From the NCBI RefSeq assembly GCF_006345805.1, contig NC_043001.1, forward strand, positions 111,972,001 to 112,036,000: DNA of 64,000 nucleotides. The letters are read 5' to 3'. Shown one piece after another: positions 1-13,030 of the stretch. Source of the stretch: Octopus sinensis (taxonomy: Eukaryota). The stretch's first letter is position 1; each line of letters begins with the position of its first letter. The notes under the pieces are model-generated. The model saw nothing but the letters and a program-made list of their open reading frames with translations. It was not told where the DNA came from and did no database searches. The translations under genes and the position numbers were made by a program.

Positions 1-58
1 GTTGGCAAAATAATTTGTTCTAAATAGAGTATTATTCCAGTACAAAAACTCAGTAACT

Positions 59-107
59 CAAGATACAATCAGGTTTTTAAGGGAGATTTTCCTTCATCGG
101 GTTCTTA
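59..107 (-). ncRNA. degenerate type-I hammerhead-like motif, probably in a PLE 3' pseudo-LTR
   Basis: Minus strand reads AAGAAC-CCGAUGA-AGG..CCUU-AAAA-ACCUGAUUGU-A-UCUU. The GAAA is mutated and stem I is offset. It lies about 400 nt downstream of a PLE GIY-YIG C-terminus on the same strand. Confidence 0.3.
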
Positions 108-224
108 TTCTCCCACTGTCAGCAAAATGACCTCGACTATTTTTTTCCTCTCAAGAATCACCGTGTCCCTGCTCCCGGTCTTACTTAAAATGTCTGGAAA
201 GACTAACTCCTTGTAATGAGACGG

Positions 225-298
225 CGGCGAAGAAGAAGAAGAAGAAGGAAGAGGAGAAGAAGAAAAAGAAAAAGAAGAAGATGAAGAAGAAGAAGAAA
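225..298. repeat. (GAA)n microsatellite
   Basis: Direct reading of the sequence. Confidence 0.95.
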
Positions 299-489
299 AT
301 GCGGGAGTTGTATGACAGTAGCAGGATGCTTGTGGAATCCTCTTAAATGGTCAAGTGACTTAAAAGTGACCAGTTGTAGTGGTAATGGTAGTGGTTGGAA
401 TTGTTTTGAATTCATGTGAAGTGGCCGTTCTGAATATAGCGTTTAGAATATTTGCGTGGGTATTATTCTAAGGCCTTTGTAATAGTGTC

Positions 490-750
490 ATTTGTGGTGG
501 ATGCATTCAAAAGGGGTTTATATTTTCTGATAAAGAATTACTCTTTACTAGTGTGCTGACAACCTGTTGCATCATCCCTGAACTGATAGAGGGGAAAAAT
601 TCTGAAGCTAGATTGTTTGTTATTGGCCTAAAATTCGATGTGTTCGGTAAATGCTATTTTTCTGTATTTCATAATTTTGATCTGGGATATGTGCAGAGCC
701 ATTCTTTGAGGTAGACTGTCTTTGATTTGGCTACAGTCAAATGAGTGAAA
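490..750 (-). mobile_element. Penelope-like element, GIY-YIG endonuclease C-terminal relic
   Basis: Minus frame reads KIAFTEHIEF*ANNKQSSFRIFPLYQFRDDATGCQHTSKE*FFIRKYKPLLNA, matching the PLE tail pattern F.IFPFY...R..KE.FFI.KFKP.LN. It has in-frame stops. Confidence 0.65.
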
Positions 751-779
751 TAAGTAAAATAATAAAAGAGTAACAGATA

Positions 780-820
780 TATATAAATATATGTGTGTAT
801 GTGTGTCTGTCTATATATAA

Positions 821-873
<53 letters not shown>

Positions 874-893
874 CATACATACATACATATATA

Positions 894-957
<64 letters not shown>

Positions 958-985
958 GTATGTGCATATATAGATACATATACTG
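780..985. repeat. compound microsatellite (CA)n(TA)n(TACA)n(TATC)n(TA)n
   Basis: Direct reading of the sequence. Confidence 0.95.
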
Positions 986-1959
986 TCATACAACTCCCGC
1001 ATTTTCTTCTTCTTCTTCATCTTCTTCTTTTCAGCTGAAAAGAATAACATGTGAAAGAACGCTCGAATCAAATAACTGCATGTATATAGAATATGATGGG
1101 CAATCATGGTTGCATTGTTGTGCTAAAGATTGTGTAGGAATGGAATTTGAAGTATCAAGTAAAGAAGTAAATATCAGCAAACTGAAATTCTGAAAGTCAG
1201 AGTAGAATACATAAAATAATTTAGCGGATATTAATTCGAAAATCCGCGTTGTCGTAACTAGTAAAAACACGACAAAATTTTAATCTTTAGGAATAGGTGT
1301 TGATATAAATTAATGGATTTATGGAACATTTTTTACGAGCACTTTTTTTAAACGTAGAATGTAAATTTGTGGGTGTTATTTAATCAAGAATCTTTAGAAA
1401 ATAAAATTTCTAATTTTTTTTCAGCCGTTGTTATCTTTCCTGTTATCAATATAGAGCGAGGTTTCCCCGCTATACAACATTTAATAACGTAGCAGGTTCG
1501 TTCCTCTTCTATTAATTTCGAAAGTGAATCCAATAAAATGGTAGAAATTATGTAGAAGGATTCATTAAAGATGTGAATGAGAATAAAACCTTGTTTCGAA
1601 CGAATTAGTTCTGAAATAAACATAAACTTTATTTATGGTAAGCGACGGAACGGTACTTTTGCTCGCTATATTTTTAGCGAAGCAATAAGCGTTAATACGT
1701 TATTGCTTACGAGTATTACAATTAGAAATGGGTCTGTAAGGTTATTTGCCTGCTGTAGTTTAGTCACATCAGAACCAATAATAATACGTGCGGTTTCCAA
1801 AGAAGAATGCGATTGTTGACAGTGTGTTTGTTTAAACTGCAAAGGTATCGGTACAGGTCGTAGAAGTATTAATAAGGATATGAATATTCTTATAAATGTA
1901 TATGTGTGTGTCTGTGTACGTATTTGTGAGTGTATGTGTGCATATATATGTATATTTGC

Positions 1960-2045
1960 ATGTTTCCCGAGCGTCAAACTAATACGTCAACTTGTTGTTC
2001 ATACACCTGTCTCCGTCTTTTGTTTTTTCTGTAAATTTTCTGTAG
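1960..2045 (+). mobile_element. 3' part of dispersed repeat family D (also at 35755 and 46865)
   Basis: cccgagcgtcaaactaatac...ttgttgttcatacacctgtctccgtcttttgttttttctgtaaatttt followed by (TA)n; the same sequence occurs in the other two copies. Confidence 0.75.
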
Positions 2046-2092
2046 GTATATATATATAATATATATATTTATATATATTTGAGAATATTAAC

Positions 2093-2710
2093 GAAACAAG
2101 CGAAGTAGCTCGTAAGAAAATCTCAGTAAGAGATGAAATAATATCTATACTAAGAAGTAATGTTTATCAACACATCAATATGGCTGTTCGACGTTACGAT
2201 TTTTTTAATCCCATGCTGATCCTCCTCCACCTGGTTGCAGGTGTAACCTACTACCCTGCTTCCAATGTACATAGGGGGCTGGCTTCACCGGTAGCCAGCA
2301 GGCGGACGATCTGCTTGGGCTTAAAACGCTCGTAACCGTCGAACAGCTATATTGATATGGCGATAAATATTACTTCTTTGTATAGTTATTATTTCTTTTC
2401 TTACTGAGATTTTGTAACTAGCTGCTCTGCTTGTTGCAAGATCAATAACTGGTGGTAGCTTAATTTTCTATATACTAGAAATTTGCGAGCTGGAGCAAAC
2501 TTCTGCTATTTTTAGCGGTCGGGCACACGTTGTTCGAAACTGATGGGTCTCGTGATTCCGTCGTCTGTTAGAGCATGGTAGCTTTCCGTTCTCCTGCTTG
2601 CAATATATACTGCGTACAGGTTGCACCCGTAACCAGCTGGCACAGGATCTGCCTATGGCTAAAAAGGTAGTACCATGGAACACCAATATTGAGATAAACA
2701 TTACTTTTTA
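2093..2710. repeat. inverted plus tandem arrangement of a ~340-bp unit (PLE pseudo-LTR/retrozyme-like)
   Basis: 2093-2250 is the diverged reverse complement of about 2278-2436. The motif cctgctt.caat.ta.a...cacc.gta.ccagc.ggc...gatctgc recurs at about 2254 and 2594. A third homologous copy lies at 61860-62170. Confidence 0.7.
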
Positions 2711-2748
2711 ATATTTAGGAATATAGACGTAGGAGTGGTTGTGTGTGT

Positions 2749-2932
2749 AGGCGCTGGAGTGGCTGCGTGGTAAGTAGCTTGCTTACGAACCACCTGATTC
2801 TGCGTTCAGTTCCACTGCGTGGCACCTTGGGCAAGTGTCTTCTACAATAGCCTCAGGCCGACCAAAGCCTTGTGAGTGGATTTGGTAGACGGAAAGTGAA
2901 AGAAGCCCATCGTATATATGTATATATATAAA

Positions 2933-2979
<47 letters not shown>

Positions 2980-3195
2980 ATGCTTGTGTGTGTATGTTTG
3001 TGTGTGTGTTTGTTCCCTAACACCGCTTGACAACCGATGCTGGTGTGTTTTCGTCCCCATAACTTAGCGGTTCGGCAAAAAAGTCGATAGAATAAGTACT
3101 ATGCTTACAATGAATAAGCCCTGGGATCGATTTGCTCGACTAAAGGCGGTGCTCCAGCATGTCCACAGTCACATGACTGAAACAAGTAAAGAGAT
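2749..3195 (+). mobile_element. SINE family A (tRNA-like head, internal (TA)/(TG) microsatellite, GTAAAAGA-type tail)
   Basis: Head ggcgctggagtggctgcgtggtaagtagc; core gccttgtgagtggatttggtagacggaa; tail gactgaaacaagtaaagag. Many copies in the window. Confidence 0.9.
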
Positions 3196-3350
3196 ACTTT
3201 TATATCTATGCCTGTCGATCTAGATACGATGATATAATGTTCATATATGAAATGATTCCGCAGATTTCAATATATTAATTGGACCTCTATTTCGTTTTCG
3301 TTGAATATCTACTTTTAGGCAATTTGCCTCGTCCTGAACAATCGATCTAT

Positions 3351-3393
3351 CTAGACATCGACGTTTCGAACAGGTTCTACTTCTTCAGTTAGT
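3351..3393 (-). ncRNA. degenerate type-I hammerhead-like motif
   Basis: Minus strand reads CUAA-CUGAAGA-AGUAGAACCUGUUC-GAAA-CGUCGAUGU-C-UAG: canonical core and GAAA, near-palindromic stem III, GUC site, imperfect stems I and II. Confidence 0.45.
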
Positions 3394-4009
3394 CCAAACT
3401 ATCCTAGGTCAATGAAGGTAAACAAGAATTTTAGTTCTTCCTTATAAAATTTAGTAAACATATTTGCTGAATTATTTACTTCACATAGCTATTCATTATG
3501 CCAGCTTTATTAGCAAACCTGACAGACTGCTATTCATATTAAACTGTTAACCAGAAGAGCCATGATTAACTTTGATAATTGCTCGTGGTTTTGAAAAGAA
3601 GCTGCTTAACTTCCATTGGATGTAAATAGTAATTCGATTGAAGTGACAGATTATCTTGTCAGATTATACTTAATTGATTAATTATAAACGAAATTACGCA
3701 TTGTCAACTGCAGAGCACACTGCGATGATGGTCGCTTCACACGTATCACGGCAAATCATTGTACACTGAACGCCTAAGAAAAGAATAACAATTATTTTAA
3801 AGAAAACAATTTATTGACAAATATTGAATAAACACTTCTCTCCGTTTTCTTGGCGCTACCTTCAGCTTTTTTAATGCCCTCTGTTACTCCTACACATACA
3901 TAAACACCCGACTTGAATTCTAAATACTTTTGTTTGAAACTATTAGGACACGTGGAAATTCCACGAGCTGTAAAAAATTAAGAAGACCTATTTAAGAAAG
4001 AGAGGATTA

Positions 4010-4205
4010 TTTGCTTAGCCGTATTTCGCCCGCCGCTGCGTTCTGAGTTCAAATTCCGCCGAGGTCGACTTTGCCTTTCCTCCTTTCGGGTTCGATTAAA
4101 TAAGTACCAGTGTCGTACTAGGATTGATGTAATCGACTTAATCCGTTTGTCCGTACTTGTTTGTCCCCTCTATGTTTAGCCCCTTGTGGGCTATAAAGAG
4201 ATAAT
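4010..4205 (+). mobile_element. SINE family B (5' truncated)
   Basis: gttctgagttcaaattccgccgaggtcgactttgcctttcctcctttcgggttcgattaaataagtaccag; the core resembles the Deu/Nin-type central domain from memory. Confidence 0.85.
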
Positions 4206-5247
4206 AAATAATCTATCACTTTAAAATAAAATGGAATATAGTTAAATGATATTTCTCTATTAATAATAATGGTTTCAAATTTTGGCACAAAGTCAGCAAT
4301 TTAAGGAAGGCAGTAAGTCGATTAATTTGAGCACAGCGGTAAAAGCATTGACATATAAAGACAATCACAAATCTTGAGAATTCTACTGGGGTCTCTGAAG
4401 GAAGATCATATCTACTGGACTTTTGAGTATAAAGCTTTAATCGTGAGTCTGGGAGCATACATTTGGCTAATTTCTGGAGAGAGATGAAGAATTGCTGGTA
4501 CAGATATAGGATATTATGCAACGAAGATATGTACTTCAAGAGTATATTTAAATCTTTGAGGCTTTTCTGATTCGGCGTGTTCATTATATAGATTGAAGAA
4601 GACAAAACAAAAGGTTACTACACGCGTGATTTTTATGGGTCACAGGTTACTGTTCATTGATAATATCATGCTTTATCTTTATCTGCCTCTTGTCTCCGTC
4701 TAAATGTAACTGTGTTTGTAAGGGTGTGATGGTGTGTGTGTGTGTATGTGTGTGATGTGTGTACATATCAAGGCCATAATTATTCATAAACTGTGTAGTC
4801 CACATCACTTTCATGCTCACAATAAAACGGGTGATAGAAGTTCTATTCGTATCAACACGTTCGACTAAGCCAACCAAGGAATCTTTTGACGATCTTCGAA
4901 CTCTTAGAAGGAAAAAAGTGCTTTTCGCCAATCACACTATACTGTCTTTAAAGATGCATAAGCGATAATGATAACACGTGCTTTAATATGCTATGTTAGA
5001 ATATAATGCAGGACGGCCACGTCTCATATTTTATAGTCCTGTTACTATAATTAGTTCCTTAGTACCACACAGTAGCAAATCAGTTACCCGCTAAACGTTA
5101 AGCAGACTGAGAAACGAAAACACAAAAACAAAAACGTAGAAACGAACATTTTTTTGGAACAACGAAAAAAAAACCAAACAAACACAGAAACGAGATATGC
5201 AGCATAAATAATTCCGCATCGAAGGCAAGGACAATACGCGACTTCGT

Positions 5248-5283
<36 letters not shown>

Positions 5284-5313
5284 ATATATTATATATATAT
5301 ATATATATATACA

Positions 5314-5785
5314 TAATACAAAATAAGAAAATGGAGAAATACATCTAAATCAATTATCAACTACCAGATAATACCCAATCACATACTTTATTAAACCACT
5401 ACATATGAACATTAAGGTGAAACATAATAATATAGAACAAAACAGTGTACATGAAGGAGTAATATGATACAATAAGTACAATATGTATAAGAGAATATAA
5501 ATAAATATAAATAAATATAAATATAAATATAAACTATATTTATATTTATATTTTTTATGTTTATGTTTATATTTATATTTATAGTTACTTATATTTATTT
5601 ATATTCTCTTATACATATTGTACTTATTGTATCATATTACTCCTTCGTGTACACTGTTTTGTTCTATATTATAATGTTTGACCTTAATGTTCATACGTAG
5701 TTGTTTAATAAAGTATGTGATTGGGTATTATCTGGTAGTTGATAATTGATTTAGATGTATTTCTCCATTTTCTTATTTTGTATTA
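5314..5785. repeat. long near-perfect inverted repeat (about 197-bp arms, about 80-bp AT-rich spacer)
   Basis: 5314-5510 versus the reverse complement of 5589-5785; I counted 5 mismatches by eye. Confidence 0.95.
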
Positions 5786-5989
5786 TTAATTTGTGGTAAA
5801 ACATTTTACCTTTGCCCATATAATACAGTAAATGAATTAATTGCATCGCAATTCTTAACATTTATGTATTAACTTTGTTGGATACTTCACTAGCAGTATA
5901 TTGGATATATGTTATCCCATGGAGGGTTGCATTTACAACCCCTATCTCAATTTGTGTATATATAATATATATTATATATTATATATTCA

Positions 5990-6930
5990 ACGGGGTAAAG
6001 ACCCTCTTCGTTTATTAATGTTCATGGGTTGAACCTAGAAAGTTACTCTGAGAAGCACAATCTGGGCATGGTTGTTTATGGAAGAACAGCAATATCGCAT
6101 GCATACCAGCCTCCGCTCTCCACGCCACTGATGTTATTCAAGAGAAAGGCAAGTGCCGATGCAGGGGACTTTTTGAAGAAATTTTCCAGTGCACTTATGG
6201 GATCCATTTCCGTTTTGACGTATGATATTAAAGAGAGCTGAACTGGTTGAGGTAAAGTAGTTGTGACGTAACGTTGTTATGTGTCCTGAATTCGATTTTT
6301 GTAGTGGGCGGATAGCAAGGGGCCCAAGTCTTGGGTGGATTTTAAAATTGATGCCAACATCACCTGTGCAATATAGATGGAATATTTTCTACATCACACA
6401 AATGATGTAGCGTACCCGGCGGCGTTGCAGAGAGTAGAGATTGAGTTTTATTAGTCCACCCCAAATAGTCAATGCCTGTCATGCCGTCTACCTTTCTTGT
6501 TATTGACATCTGGAGGCTTCCACTTTCATAATGAGTTGCTTCATGTGGAAAGACCACAGTGGGCAAGAGTATTTAAGGTGGAATCGGGCAAAAGTAGAGT
6601 AGAGAAGGATGATAGTGTGGACATCACTAGCCCGGAAAGTTCTCAGAATCCAGGAGCACATCTTACGGGCCAAGTCAACCTTGCTGTTTACGTGGGAACT
6701 TTAGCTTAGATTGTTATCAATAATTACTCCAAGTTCTCTGGTGATGTTGGATGACAATAGGGAGTCGCCCGAAGGAAAGGTATATGGTAGTTTCAGAGTA
6801 TCCTCTTTTCTAAAGTGGATCAAATTAAACTTATCTTCATTTAGAAGCATATTGTTCTTTTCCGCCCATTGGACAACAGCACACAACAGCCTTTCTAGGT
6901 TTTATTATTGCCATTTCAATTTCTCTTAAG
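5990..6930 (-). mobile_element. CR1/L2-type LINE, RT C-terminus and 3' end, degenerate
   Basis: Minus frame reads QWAEKNNMLLNEDKFNLIHF...SSNITRELGVIIDNNLS, typical of the CR1/L2 RT thumb. Frameshifts and stops follow downstream. Confidence 0.8.
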
Positions 6931-7600
6931 CTTTTCTTTTATCATTAGTTTCAAAATTGCGATATTTTGTCTCTGTCTCTCGTCTATTCTATTTATCGAG
7001 ATGAAATACACATATATTCAAGCAGTATATTGAAACTTTTGCCTTTAATGCTATTTATTTCTTTACTAACACGTTTACTGTTTGCGATCCTATTCATTTT
7101 CTTTCAATTTATGTTGCTTTTCCCGCTATTTGACGTTATTCTTCGAGACATTAGAAAGTAACATTTGTTCATTCAGAGCATATCACTTAAAGATGGGGAA
7201 CTATATCTCGTGTATCATCAGCTTTGTACATCTTTCGTCCATTTTAAATAGAATTTCATCAGTCATTCCTTATCTGTTCTTTCAGGAAGCGTTTCTTTTA
7301 CTGGTTTCTAAATGCGGGTTTTAATTGTCTTCCATTTTCTTCCATTGTATTTTCATATTGTATTTGTTATTGGAGTCTGCCTGTTTTAGCAAGTTTAACT
7401 TTAATTATTCTCATCTCTTAGCCACTTTCGTTTTCTTAAATATGATTTGCAATTCAATTACCATTGGAATATGTGGTATTTTGTTATCTGCTACATACCT
7501 TGTTTTCAAGCACTTTCTAAACCATCAGTGTATCCATGTATAGCCTATTTTCATCCTTATAATGTAATCTGGACATATCCACAGGTATAATAAGCATGTT
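6930..7600 (-). mobile_element. RTE-type LINE fragment (post-endonuclease linker)
   Basis: Minus frames give ETLPERTDK and MTDEILFKMDERCTK, matching the RTE W(M)T.EIL..M.ERR motif. Degenerate. Confidence 0.55.
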
Positions 7601-7612
7601 CTAATGCTGTTA

Positions 7613-7614
7613 GG

Positions 7615-7707
<93 letters not shown>

Positions 7708-7709
7708 GA

Positions 7710-7746
<37 letters not shown>

Positions 7747-7880
7747 GTATGTGCATATATAGATACATATACATACATATGCATATATACATATATATAT
7801 ATATGCATATATGTACGTATATGTATTTATACATGTATATATGCATATACGTATAAGTATATATATATATATATATGTGT
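7613..7880. repeat. compound microsatellite (TATC)n(TA)n with TA-rich tail
   Basis: Direct reading of the sequence. Confidence 0.95.
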
Positions 7881-8779
7881 GTGTGTATGTATGTATAGTA
7901 AAATATGTTAGAGGCTATGTAACCATCTAAGGGATAGATGTATCCGTAGGCACACCTGGTTCATTACCTCACTATGTATCGTCCTAGCTATAAGGAATAC
8001 AGTAGTAGGTAATTTAAAGGTAAAACCTGGTTTAATTTATATAGAAAAGAAATGGAGGAATAATTAACAAGGACGAGTTGATCATTGGTACTAAAAAGTC
8101 ATTATTTAAGTGTAGTTCGGAACCATTTACAGTTGTTTCCGTGTATCAAATCGGAGTAAATTTACATTTACCTTGTTACAGTTAGCAAACAACCTCAGAA
8201 TGATTTTAGAGGGAAATGAAGGGAAAAGAGAAAAGAAAAAGGGGAAAAAGATCTTTAAGTTCTTACATTTTAGGCTTCCACATGTTTTCAGTTTCCTCCA
8301 TTCGATGCATATAAACGTCCAACGCAAGCTTGCAACAACTCATCACCCTTTTTATATCCTTGTATGTTGCATATATAATATAAGGAAGCAGCGGGAAAGA
8401 AAGTATATACACGACGCACACCTATATCATATTACACTAGACACAACGCTCTATATCAAAGGCTCACAGTGAACTGCTTGCCAACCCGAAATGTCAAGCG
8501 CTCACGGTTTTTTAATTTTATAATAATGAGGCACTCCACCGTTTAGTCACTTTAGGGGGTTGTTGGAATCCTCCAAAAAACAATATATATGTGTGTGTGT
8601 GTTTGCGTGTGTATATATGCATGTATGTATGTATTTATGTATGTATGTGTGTGCGTAAAAGACCTTTTTTAATTACAATATGCATGATACTACAAAACAC
8701 GCAAACAATTAAACAAAAGCTAATTATTAGTCTAATGAAGGTTGCATCTTATAGTTTAATCCAGTGTTCGAATCGCATG

Positions 8780-9595
8780 TAGCATCTAAAATTGCTGGAG
8801 AATTTTTCCTCAGCATTAGATAGACATTTCCCTAAATTTAGTAGACCCTATGAAATTTATTATTGGCATATGGTGAAATTGTCTTATGCAACGTCAAATA
8901 ACATCAAATGCTATATTCATAAACTTAACAATAGGAAGCTGCATCTAGCATTAGCAAATTCTAAAAAAGTTCGCCCGCAATAGTGTAAGTCCAGAAAATA
9001 GAGAAAACCATAGCATCGGAAGTGACAATAATGGTATACTAATTGATGACAATGTAAATGGAAATATCAACTTTACCATTGGTATTACGAGTAACAACGG
9101 GACTGATGAAAACACTAACAATAATATCAATGAGAATGACAGTGATGAGAACAATAAACATAGTAACATTCACAGGAATATCAATCCCATAAGGAAAAAA
9201 TGAAACCAAAGACGACAAGGAATAACCTGATTGCAAATAGTAATATAAAAATTGCAATTGTAGAGATAAGAAACAAACGGGTGCTTACGTAGAAAATATA
9301 TATAGAAATGTACTGTAAGAGCAAGCGCACACGTGTATTCATATACAGTGGCAACGATCGACAACCTCAAGAGTCACTGGAAGAAACATGCGGCATCGTT
9401 TAGGAACAACTGCAAAAGGAAATGCACATCCTTGGCGGACTTTATATGGGACGTCAAAGAGAAAAAGGTACAATACAACACGACTTGAATAGTGATACGA
9501 GATGCATATCCATATAATGCACTCACAAAAAGCATTGTCTGTAACCTTTGTCTGTAAATCATCAACAAGCGCAGAAAATTTTCATCACATAACCA
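8780..9595 (+). mobile_element. Penelope-like element, RT C-terminal region, Asn-rich linker and GIY-YIG relic
   Basis: LDRHFPKFSRPYEIYYWHMVKLSYATSNNIKCYIHKLNNRKL; then NCNCRDKK; then KHAASFRNNCKRKCTSLADFIWDVK...AYPYNALTKSIVCNLCL. These are PLE-typical motifs with stops and frameshifts. Confidence 0.75.
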
Positions 9596-10116
<521 letters not shown>

Positions 10117-10462
10117 ATAGATCCAAAAGCTCGTTTCTGGAATTTAGATAGAATACGTAATATTTAACGTTATGTTAATCCGTTGCCAATAATATAAGTA
10201 AAGTTTTTTGCATTATCTTTACTGATATTATTACATTGTTGTTTATCTAGATGATGTGATATCATAATTTCATAGTATAGTTATTTAGTTATATCAGTCC
10301 GCTGTTTACTTAAAAATGTAATTACAATGTTCTATTGTAATCACATGTATGTTTTTATTGCTGTTTACATAAATTATATAATCCCATAATAACTGGAATA
10401 TGTGTATGGTTGCTTAGTTAAAACTAAAGGAAATATTCAATAGATCTATTTACCATGAATCA

Positions 10463-10549
<87 letters not shown>

Positions 10550-10807
10550 ACCTCCAGAACCTAGACATAGCATTTATATAACATTAATATCAATAATAGC
10601 ATTATTAAGCGTAAGCGGGCATATCATGATCTATAGATATAGACAGGTGTAAAGTTTCTTGACCATTCTTTTTATCTATGGACCCCTTTGATTATTATTT
10701 TTTTCTGGTGGACCCCCATAGCCATTCGATATTTAAAAATTATTACGGAGGTGTACCTGCGTAGCAAGTGACCTGATCTGAGATCGTGTGCTGAAACAAA
10801 AACAAGT

Positions 10808-11297
10808 GCAGCCTGGAAGGTGTTTATAAGCCATTTAAAAATTACACAAAAACCGTTAGATTCACTTCAACATTTCAGTTTAATTTAATAAATAAAAAAT
10901 AATAAATGCACCCTTTTAAAGCCTAACCAGGCTCATGATTCCGGTTTCCCGGTTTCAGTGGCGTTACACATTTTTGCCAGCTGATTGGACTGGAGCAACG
11001 TGAAATGAAGTGTTTTGCTCAAGAGCACAACACGTCGCCCGGTCCAGGAATCGAAACCACAATCTTACGATCATGATGCTGACGCCCTAACCACTAAACC
11101 ACGCGCCTCCACTCATTTTAATTTACCAAAATATTTTCTTCGCTTTAAGACAGCGACCTATTCACTGACAAAACTCCGTGCTGCAGCGGCCTCAAAGCGA
11201 CAAAAATATTTTGGCAAATTAAATTTAAATGTTGAAGTGAATCTAACGGTTTTTGTGAGTTCTTTTTTAAATGGCTTATAAACACTTTCCACGCTGC
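10808..11297. mobile_element. palindromic (hairpin) MITE-like element interrupted by a SINE
   Basis: 10808-10886 is the reverse complement of about 11216-11297, and 11119-11155 is the reverse complement of about 11183-11220. Confidence 0.8.
10887..11112 (-). mobile_element. SINE family C (head gtggaggcgcgtgg, TTTA-type tail)
   Basis: tRNA-like A and B boxes on the minus strand; tttaattta occurs on both sides as a probable target-site duplication. Confidence 0.85.
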
Positions 11298-12833
11298 ATT
11301 TCTATTTAAAAATTAGTTTTATAGAAACTGTTTTTTCAAAATTCCTTTTTCTTTCCACACATTAATTTATGTAAGTTGACATGTTAGAGAAAGAACCCTA
11401 GCCTTTTCTTGTAATACATACCAATAGAGACGTCTAAATTAAAAAAAATGTTTCAGGGTTTCTTAAAATATTATTGTGGATCCCCAATTTAATATTTTGT
11501 TGCTTGGACCCCCGAAAGTCTGATATGCACTTTCAGGGACCATATGGTCCCAGGTTGAGAACAACTGGTCCAAAATAAGCCCAAATGAGATTCCCATAGC
11601 AGCTTTATTTTTCTTGTGTAGGGTGTATACGCTAAACTGTGAATGAATAGAGTAAAAAATAAAGAGGAATATGTATGCATGTATGTTTGTATGTATGTAT
11701 GTATGTATGTATGTATGTATGTATGTATGTATGTATGTATGTATACTCTTTACTCTTTTACTTGTTTCTGTCATGTGACTGTGGCCATGCTGGAAAATGT
11801 GTGTGTGTGAGTGTGTGTAAATGCATCTATGTATACACCATGTAAGTGAATATGTATGTATTTATAAGGGTGAGGCCGAGCAAAATCTTCTTGTTTTAAT
11901 AGCATCTCTTAATGAATGGCAAAAGCAGCTATGATGCTTAGATTTTAACAAAGACTGCCAAAATTAATTTTATGAAGAAACAAATGTAAGGAGGCTTGTC
12001 GACGGTCTGGTATCCTGCTATGTTAACAAGTTGATCACACGCAAACGATTTTGTTTGAAGTAGAACTCTTATAGACACTATTGATAACGAATCTTTACAG
12101 TGTTTGTATTTACAACATTATAATCTGGGGGTAATCATCTGTTTTCATAAAAGTCGAAACACGCCTGTGCTAAAACTTCACCGAACAAGCGGCTCATTTA
12201 GTATTCTATACTTTTGGTTTCATCTTTGGAGTAATCATGTGGGTCAATTGGTTTACTTTATATTTAAAAAATTTTATTACCATTAATTTTTTGATCATTT
12301 GTATCATTTTCTATTTCTGCGTTGTTTGTCAATAGGATGCCAAAAATAGAATATGGATAATAAACAACGGGGAAAGTATATATATCATTGCGACATTGAG
12401 TGTATCAAACACTTACATACAAAAGCCGTTCACTTCCATATGTTACCTCTTTTGTGTTCACTGTGTTTATTAATCTTAGTTGTTTTCATTGGATATGAAA
12501 TTCTCCTCTAAGTCAAATAGTATTTACCAATTATTATGTAGATAAATCATGGACTTATACACGAATTGCCCTTATATTATTCTTCCTTGTTTTTTTATGA
12601 AGGATAAGGAGCCTTAATTTTCTATGAAAGATAATTAGCCTTGTTTTGTTGTTGTTGACGTCCAACCTAAGGAAGACTCGCATCGATTCTGTAGGTCGTG
12701 TCGATAGAAACAACAAGTTTGAACTAAAATAATTAAAATATAATTAAAATCAGACAACCGAAATGATACTGTGTACCTGACTCTCTGATGATGTAATTTC
12801 ACTGCACAAGCCATTGTAATATTCTACAGTGTA

Positions 12834-13030
12834 AGGCGGCGAGCTGGCACCAACTTTAGCACGCTGGGCAAAATGCTTTACGTTCTGAGTTCAAATTCCT
12901 CCACGATCGACTTTGTCTTTCATCCTTTTGCGGTCGATAAATTAAGTACCAGCTGTGTACTGAGGTCGATCTAAACGAATGACTCCCACTCCCCAAAATT
13001 TTCGGGCCTTGTGCCTAGAGTACAAAGGAA
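12834..13030 (+). mobile_element. SINE family B
   Basis: ggcggcgagctggcacc...ttctgagttcaaattcc...catccttttgcggtcgataaattaagtaccag. Confidence 0.85.

Larger units (their letters stand above)
10620..11567. mobile_element. possible hAT-like MITE remnant (10620-10740 and 11440-11567) split by later insertions
   Basis: Right end ggttgagaacaactg resembles CAGTGGTTCTCAAC-type TIRs, with ggacccc motifs on both sides. No matching left TIR was found. Confidence 0.3.

Noticed and set aside
1031-1977. Minus-strand hydrophobic frames resembling GPCR TM1 (PFLIVILVSNNVLTLIASLKI)
   Set aside because: Interrupted by stops, no later GPCR motifs, and AT-rich DNA gives I/L/F-rich text by chance.
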